In this document: in pieces, positions 58,252 through 64,000 of the stretch
Layout of the letters: each line of letters begins with the position of its first letter
Numbering within the stretch: the stretch's first letter is position 1
Origin: an uncultured Candidatus Saccharibacteria bacterium
Lineage (GTDB): Bacteria > Patescibacteriota > Saccharimonadia > CAILAD01 > BJGX01
DNA: 64,000 bases
Direction: 5' to 3'
Assembly: GCA_964552475.1 (NCBI GenBank)
Contig: CAZKFZ010000006.1
Coordinates: forward strand, 27 to 64,026
Notes under the pieces: generated by a model
Told to the model about the DNA's origin: nothing
Databases searched by the model: none
The model's input: the letters and a program-made list of their open reading frames with translations, nothing else
Translations under genes and position numbers: made by a program

Positions 58252-59520
58252 ATGATTATAAAAAACTTAGAACAATTGGCAAAAAATAAACTCAGAAAAG
58301 ATGCCTTAGAAATTGTTGAAGCTGGCTACGAGGCTATAGAAGTTGAGAATATTTACAACACACAGATATCGCTAAAAAATGATATGTTAAAAATTCAAAA
58401 CCAAACATTTAACCTCAAAAAATACAATAATGTTTATGTGGTAGGGGTTGGAAAAGGCTCCGACCACGCTGCCATGGCGCTTGAGAAGATATTAACTCCT
58501 AATAAAATTGCCGCTGGTTTTGTTATTGACACCGTATCTATCAAACTTAAAAAAATTACTACTCTAAAAGGTACTCATCCCCTACCTTCAGAACAAAACA
58601 TAATAGCGACAAAAAAAATCACCGACTTACTCAAGCGAGCAAAACAAGATGACTTGGTAATAGTTATTGTTTGCGGTGGTGGGTCGTCGCTATTTTGCAA
58701 ACCTGGTGGACTCACCTGCTTAGAACTCCAATTTATTTCTAGTTTCTTACTAAGAGCAGGTGCTAGTATCCAAGAGATAAATACCGTACGAAAGCACGTG
58801 TCTTTAATACATGGTGGGTATCTGGCCAAATATGCCTTCCCAGCAGAAGTGGTATCGTTGGTTATATCAGATGTGGTGGGTGACGACTTAAATTTTATTG
58901 CCTCAGGGCCTACAACTCTAGACAAAACTACTAAAGAAGATGCTCAAAAAATAATTAATCGTTACCAGCTACCCAATATTGAATTAGTGGATACACCAAA
59001 AGATCATAAATACTTCAAAAAGGTTACAAATATTATTCTAGCAAGTGGCAGTACTGCGGTAGAAGGAATGAAAACCAAGGCAATAAAACTGGGTTACAAA
59101 CCAAAAATTTTTAGTACAAAAATAGCCGGTATGGCCAACAAAATTGGCCCAGAGTTAGCAAGCAAAGCAAAGCCTGGCATAGCCCTTTTGGGTTGTGGTG
59201 AAACTCAAGTAGTTGTTAAACATCCTGGCATAGGAGGTCGAAATCAAGACGTAGTACTATCGGCTATTCCAAAGCTCCCAATAAATAGTGTAATTATTTC
59301 TGCTGCTAGCGATGGAAAAGACAATGTTGACGTTGCTGGTGCAATTGCTGATAGCGACATTAGTGTAAAAGTTCTTCTCGACAATAAAATTGATCCTATA
59401 AAATCGGTGCAACTTAATAATGGATATGATTTACTGAAATCTATGAATGATCATTTGCATATCAATAAAGTTACCGCAAACGTTTCTGATTTTATGTTAG
59501 TGCTAGGAGAAAAAGAGTGA
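58252..59520 (+). CDS. glycerate 2-kinase (MOFRL family)
   Basis: HPLP, GGGSSL, EINTVRKH.S..GG, SDVVGD...IASGPT, GGRNQ. Confidence 0.88.
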   Translation: MIIKNLEQLAKNKLRKDALEIVEAGYEAIEVENIYNTQISLKNDMLKIQNQTFNLKKYNNVYVVGVGKGSDHAAMALEKILTPNKIAAGFVIDTVSIKLKKITTLKGTHPLPSEQNIIATKKITDLLKRAKQDDLVIVIVCGGGSSLFCKPGGLTCLELQFISSFLLRAGASIQEINTVRKHVSLIHGGYLAKYAFPAEVVSLVISDVVGDDLNFIASGPTTLDKTTKEDAQKIINRYQLPNIELVDTPKDHKYFKKVTNIILASGSTAVEGMKTKAIKLGYKPKIFSTKIAGMANKIGPELASKAKPGIALLGCGETQVVVKHPGIGGRNQDVVLSAIPKLPINSVIISAASDGKDNVDVAGAIADSDISVKVLLDNKIDPIKSVQLNNGYDLLKSMNDHLHINKVTANVSDFMLVLGEKE

Positions 59521-60728
59521 AAATCACAAAGCTGATTGCTACCGAAGTATTAGATTCACGTGGTGAGCCCACTATAGAAATAAGTATGTATTGCAATGAT
59601 ATTCAAGAAACTTTTGGAGTACCGGCAGGTGCTAGTACTGGCAAAAACGAAGCCCACGAGCTTCGTGATGGTGGTGAAAGATATGAAGGTAAAGGTGTAA
59701 AAAGTGCTATCAAAAAGATATTAGAAATTACCCCAAAGATTATTAATTTATCTCTCAGCAACCAAGAAGCTTTTGATAGTCTACTGATAGACTTAGATGG
59801 CACACCAAATAAGTCAAATCTTGGTGGAAATGTAATAGTTGGACTAAGCTTGGCCTACGCCCAATTAACAGCTAGAGTCAACCAACTGCCATTATGGCAA
59901 TATTTGGCCCAACACTATGCTACAACCCCCAACCTTCCTAAGCTCTACGCCAACCTCGTAAATGGTGGCAAACACGCCCCTGGCCTAGACATACAAGAAT
60001 TTATGATTGTACCCAAAACCATTAGTATTGAAGATAACATTGAAAAGATACATGGCTTCAGAACTTTACTATCTCAAACCCTAACACAAGAATTTGGTGA
60101 AGGTGCCAAACTTGTGGGTGACGAAGGTGGTTTCGCTCCTGCTGGTGCTACTGCCGAACAAATTTTAGATTTGTACCAACTCACAAACAACAAAATGAAT
60201 AACTATTTTGATTTCGCCTTAGACGCAGCAGCAAGTTCATTTTACAAAGACGGTAACTACATATATGAAAAAAGTATACTAACATCTAAACAGTTGTCTG
60301 ATCTATATAATAATTACAACAATAAGTATGGCCTTCTCTCTTTGGAAGATCCTTTTTCTGAAGATGACATAAAAGCATGGGAAGAGCTTTCTAAAACTGA
60401 TCATTCTTTTTTCGTGGTTGGCGACGACCTAACTGTAACCAACTCTGTTTATACAGAAAAATACTCCAAGCAAAAAATAATTGATGGAGTTATTATTAAA
60501 CCCAACCAAATAGGCACACTCACCGAAACTATGCAAACTGTAAAGGTGGCGAATACAAACAACATAAAGGTAATAGTAAGCCATCGCAGTGGCGAAACAA
60601 TGAGTACGTTTATAAGTGACTTGGCTTATGCAGCTGGAGCGTATGGAATAAAAATTGGTGCTCCAGTGAGGGGTGAGCGGGTCGCTAAGTATGATAGGTT
60701 CTTAGAAATAGTAAAGGAGGTAAAATGA
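59517..60728 (+). CDS. eno: enolase
   Basis: LDSRG.PT, GASTG, GDEGGF, VGDDL, K.NQIG, SHRSGET. Confidence 0.95.
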   Translation: MKITKLIATEVLDSRGEPTIEISMYCNDIQETFGVPAGASTGKNEAHELRDGGERYEGKGVKSAIKKILEITPKIINLSLSNQEAFDSLLIDLDGTPNKSNLGGNVIVGLSLAYAQLTARVNQLPLWQYLAQHYATTPNLPKLYANLVNGGKHAPGLDIQEFMIVPKTISIEDNIEKIHGFRTLLSQTLTQEFGEGAKLVGDEGGFAPAGATAEQILDLYQLTNNKMNNYFDFALDAAASSFYKDGNYIYEKSILTSKQLSDLYNNYNNKYGLLSLEDPFSEDDIKAWEELSKTDHSFFVVGDDLTVTNSVYTEKYSKQKIIDGVIIKPNQIGTLTETMQTVKVANTNNIKVIVSHRSGETMSTFISDLAYAAGAYGIKIGAPVRGERVAKYDRFLEIVKEVK

Positions 60729-61729
60729 AAGTAGCACTATTTGACGTTGATCAAAATGAAACAGGAATATATAAACAGCTATTATCTACTAAAGGAGTAG
60801 TCGACTGTTTTAATGAATCGCTCAACGAAGATTCTATTAAGCTAGCTAGTAATGCCGAGGTGGTATCGGTTTTTGTTACTTCTAAAATATCAGCTAAAAT
60901 GTTTAGCGATTTACCAAAGCTTAAATACATTGTTTGTAGATCTACGGGATACGACAACATAGATATAGAGTCTGCCAAAAAACACGGTATTGTGGTGTGT
61001 AATGTTCCAAACTATGGTGAGCACACAGTCGCAGAGTACGCCTTTGCCCTACTACTAACGGTTACGAGAAGAATACAAGAATCATCTAAGCAAGTTAGTC
61101 AGGGGCAGATTGACCACACCAAGCTGGTTGGGACCGACTTAGCTAGCTCTACTCTTGGAGTGGTAGGAGCAGGTAGAATTGGTCAACGAGTGATTAAAAT
61201 AGCTCGTGGTTTTGAAATGAACGTGGTAGCCTACGACCCCTACCCCAAGCCAGAAGTTGCCAAAACGCTCGGCTTTGAATATTTAGAACTTGACGATCTT
61301 TTTGCCAAGGCCGACGTAGTGACCCTACACGTGCCAGGCGGTAAAAATAATGAAAAGTTAATCAATAAAAATTCTCTTAGCAAATTTAAAGATGGCGCAA
61401 TACTAATAAACACAGCTCGGGGTGATTTAGTAGATAATCTTGCACTTATTGAAGCTCTGCAGAGCGGTCAGTTAGCTGGTGCTGGCCTGGATGTTCTTGA
61501 CGGCGAAGCGATGATAGACATTGACCACGAAACTGCCTTACTACAAAAACCTACTATCAAAGATCTCAAACTATCTGCAGAGCTTGATATATTAGAGAAA
61601 ATGCCCAACGTTATTATTAGCCCGCACAACGCCTACAATACCCGTCAGGCACTGCAAAGAATTAGACAATCAACCGTAGAAACTATAATTGGTTTTGAGA
61701 GTTCCAAAGTTCAAAACCAAGTCAATTAA
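60725..61729 (+). CDS. D-2-hydroxyacid dehydrogenase (D-lactate dehydrogenase-like)
   Basis: RSTGYDNID, GVVGAGRIG, INTARG, GLDV, SPHNA. Confidence 0.9.
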   Translation: MKVALFDVDQNETGIYKQLLSTKGVVDCFNESLNEDSIKLASNAEVVSVFVTSKISAKMFSDLPKLKYIVCRSTGYDNIDIESAKKHGIVVCNVPNYGEHTVAEYAFALLLTVTRRIQESSKQVSQGQIDHTKLVGTDLASSTLGVVGAGRIGQRVIKIARGFEMNVVAYDPYPKPEVAKTLGFEYLELDDLFAKADVVTLHVPGGKNNEKLINKNSLSKFKDGAILINTARGDLVDNLALIEALQSGQLAGAGLDVLDGEAMIDIDHETALLQKPTIKDLKLSAELDILEKMPNVIISPHNAYNTRQALQRIRQSTVETIIGFESSKVQNQVN

Positions 61730-61879
61730 TTATTTCAATTCTTTTGATATTTTTCTATAGCAAACTTTACATAAGTGAAATTTCTTCACCTCATTTTTTG
61801 TGTTTGGTGGGCTAAGTAGAATTCCACCAAACTCAATTAGTTCCTTACCGCACTTGTCGCATTTAGGTTTTATTGTCAT
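61730..61879 (-). CDS. small zinc-ribbon protein (49 aa), not in ORF track
   Basis: MTIKPKCDKCGKELIEFGGILLSPPNTKNEVKKFHLCKVCYRKISKELK, with two CxxC motifs. Confidence 0.65.
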   Translation of the reverse strand: MTIKPKCDKCGKELIEFGGILLSPPNTKNEVKKFHLCKVCYRKISKELK

Positions 61880-61979
61880 TGCTTAATACTAGCATATAAA
61901 TATGATATTTATGCTTGACAACCAATAGATACTTCTATAGATTTATAAGGCACACATATGTACCTACATAAGGAGCGTC

Positions 61980-62354
61980 ATGCACGAGGATCAATGCGAC
62001 CCCGTAGTATTTAGAGATGGTGAATCAATAGCTGTTCTAGAAGAAGGAAGGCTTCAGCCACAAGCCGTAACCGACTGGCTGAAAGAAGTTTCTAAGTTGG
62101 CCAATGCCACACTCGACTGGCACTATAGCGGTGGTTGGGCACACGTTTTGCACCTAGGTGATTCTGAAAGCCGCGAACGTGCCGAAAAAGCCCTAAGAAG
62201 CTTTAGCGGTAAACACGGCATAGTGTTGGTTAGAATTATACCTAGTGGATCACCAGGACTCTTCCGTGCAGGAGTCACTTCTGTCCCCGAAGGCACTACC
62301 GCCGTTGCATATGATGGTGGAGATGGCTCTACGGTATTTGTTGAGAATATTTAA
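61980..62354 (+). CDS. hypothetical protein
   Basis: Own TTGACA promoter, SD AAGGAG, terminator at about 62362-62390. Confidence 0.7.
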   Translation: MHEDQCDPVVFRDGESIAVLEEGRLQPQAVTDWLKEVSKLANATLDWHYSGGWAHVLHLGDSESRERAEKALRSFSGKHGIVLVRIIPSGSPGLFRAGVTSVPEGTTAVAYDGGDGSTVFVENI

Positions 62355-62395
62355 TTGTACACAAACCTATTTTAGATAAAGTAGGTTTTTTATTT

Positions 62396-63412
62396 TTACG
62401 ATCTTGCACAATTACTGTAGCCTTGGTCAAGTACCTGGCCAGTAGTGGTATTAAATCTCCAATTATAGCTGTTATATCCAAGTGATAGTTGTAAATAACC
62501 AAAATTAGTGTTATCAAAAAACTCACTATTGGGCTTAGTGGCAACTTTTTTATACAGATCTTTACCACCCGTTCCAACAGTAAATTGTCTTATACTATTG
62601 GCGTTGGCTTGGCTAAGACTGTTTTGTGGAGCAAATCTCTCATAAACATGGTCGTGCCCATTTAGTACCAAAGATGTCTTATGGGCATCTAGTAATGAAT
62701 AAATGCTTACCATTCTAGATGTCTCCTCGGGCTGTGCGCCATGCTCGGATGAGCTAACAATAGGATGATGCCAAAACGCCAACTTGCAGTTATTCTTATC
62801 TTTGGCAAGCTCGGCCTCTAGCCAAGTATACTCTGGGCTACCAGGCTCACAACCACCAATGTTTTTACAGTTAGAGTTAAGTGAGTACAAAGACCAACTG
62901 CCTACACTTGTTTTATAAAATCCTTGAGTCCTACTCCCAGCTATACCGCTATCTACATTAACTCCATTGAAATAATCAAAATATCCACTCGCACCTTTGG
63001 TTTCGTACTCATGATTGCCTGGTGCTGGCAAGAAGTACGGCATTAACCCGCCCCAGTTTTTGTTAAAGGCTTGTTGAAATTTGGTTAGATTGCCGTTGTC
63101 GTATTGAATATCACCTAACAGTAGTATTTTCTCTGCACCAGCGGCGCTAATAGCACTAGCTACTTTGGTATCTTGGCATTTTATAGGATTTTCTCCGCCA
63201 GCGTACTGACTGGTAGGATCGCAACTAATATCACCCACCGCAACAACTATCTTGGGAATATAAATATTCACCGGCTGTATTTTGGCTGCAATAACAAATT
63301 TTGGCCTACCACATACATAGTATGCAGCGGTAGCATAAGCTATGATTACAAAAATTGCTAGCAAAACAAAGGTAAATATAAATCTAGGGTTTGAACGCTT
63401 ATGGTGTTTCAT
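62396..63412 (-). CDS. membrane-anchored metallophosphoesterase (acid phosphatase-like)
   Basis: GDI, LGDIQY, GNHEY, WHHP, NGHDH.YER, VGTGG. Confidence 0.88.
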   Translation of the reverse strand: MKHHKRSNPRFIFTFVLLAIFVIIAYATAAYYVCGRPKFVIAAKIQPVNIYIPKIVVAVGDISCDPTSQYAGGENPIKCQDTKVASAISAAGAEKILLLGDIQYDNGNLTKFQQAFNKNWGGLMPYFLPAPGNHEYETKGASGYFDYFNGVNVDSGIAGSRTQGFYKTSVGSWSLYSLNSNCKNIGGCEPGSPEYTWLEAELAKDKNNCKLAFWHHPIVSSSEHGAQPEETSRMVSIYSLLDAHKTSLVLNGHDHVYERFAPQNSLSQANANSIRQFTVGTGGKDLYKKVATKPNSEFFDNTNFGYLQLSLGYNSYNWRFNTTTGQVLDQGYSNCARS

Positions 63413-63458
63413 TATCTAAATTATAGCCCATATTAAGAATTTTTAAGTAGTATTGTTC

Positions 63459-63995
63459 TTAAGATAGACTGAGGTCTTTGGCGGTGTATCTCCACACAGC
63501 CAATGCGACAAGTAAGATGCATGTCGCTAAAATCGCTAATACATACCACCAGTCAGTGCTACTAAACCTAAGTCCTGCTATTTCGGTTTGAAACATAAAG
63601 TAAGGCGATAGGTATTTAAGTTTTTCTAATTTGGGTAATAGTTCCGCAGCAATACCGGCTAGATAGCTAGCAAAAAATATCGATACAACAACTAGTGTAC
63701 TTTTAGATGAGCGTTTAGAAATAGCTGCAAGAGAAAATGCTAGCGTACCAAATAGTAAATACTCCAAAAAAACCTTGAAAAATAGTCTCAACATTTCGCC
63801 AAAGTACGATACTTTGTCGGCATTAAACACATAGACCGATACATAACCTACTAATAGTAAGGCCAGACTAAAGAGTATTAAATAAGTAACCAACACCTTG
63901 TATTTAGCGAGTATTATATAGCCTTTACTAATAGGTTTGGTTGCTAAATAGTCTATGTAAGTGATGCAATAGGTGTAGATATTATTAATACTCAA
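63459..63995 (-). CDS. ABC-2 type permease, 5' end probably outside the window
   Basis: YLATKPISK..IILAK, YLSPY, C-terminal Y..KDL; the frame stays open at the window edge. Confidence 0.6.
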   Translation of the reverse strand: MSINNIYTYCITYIDYLATKPISKGYIILAKYKVLVTYLILFSLALLLVGYVSVYVFNADKVSYFGEMLRLFFKVFLEYLLFGTLAFSLAAISKRSSKSTLVVVSIFFASYLAGIAAELLPKLEKLKYLSPYFMFQTEIAGLRFSSTDWWYVLAILATCILLVALAVWRYTAKDLSLS

Positions 63996-64000
63996 ACAGA

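Overview
AT-rich bacterial chromosome segment read in standard code 11. Gene content and style point to Patescibacteria/CPR, probably Saccharibacteria-like (inference). Housekeeping genes are rpsT, holA, mutM, cca, polA, rpoD, dnaG, lepA, murJ, ftsH, tilS, an ftsB-like gene, lexA and eno, plus all three CAT-anticodon tRNAs (Met, fMet, Ile2). They are interleaved with stand-alone hypothetical genes, three LAx(T/A)G surface proteins with a sortase, a two-component system, and a trehalase next to a glycerate kinase-enolase-dehydrogenase block. The main observation is at the left end. Downstream of a TrmB-family regulator lie two tandem minus-strand, GC-rich, helix-dense and multi-pseudoknotted regions of about 400 nt (670-1071) and about 455 nt (7-460). 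Each has its own sigma70-like promoter, and these promoters share an upstream motif with the regulator's promoter. The second region resembles ROOL-type large RNAs as I recall them; I cannot assign the first to any family. Other signals are tRNA-fMet 3'-tail repeats, four copies of a structured GAGGAC...CCCGCAG motif around ftsB, an in-frame palindromic insert in polA, widespread leaderless starts, and a GTTC-N7-GTTC box in the lexA promoter. All structure calls come from manual pairing; no folding or database search was run.
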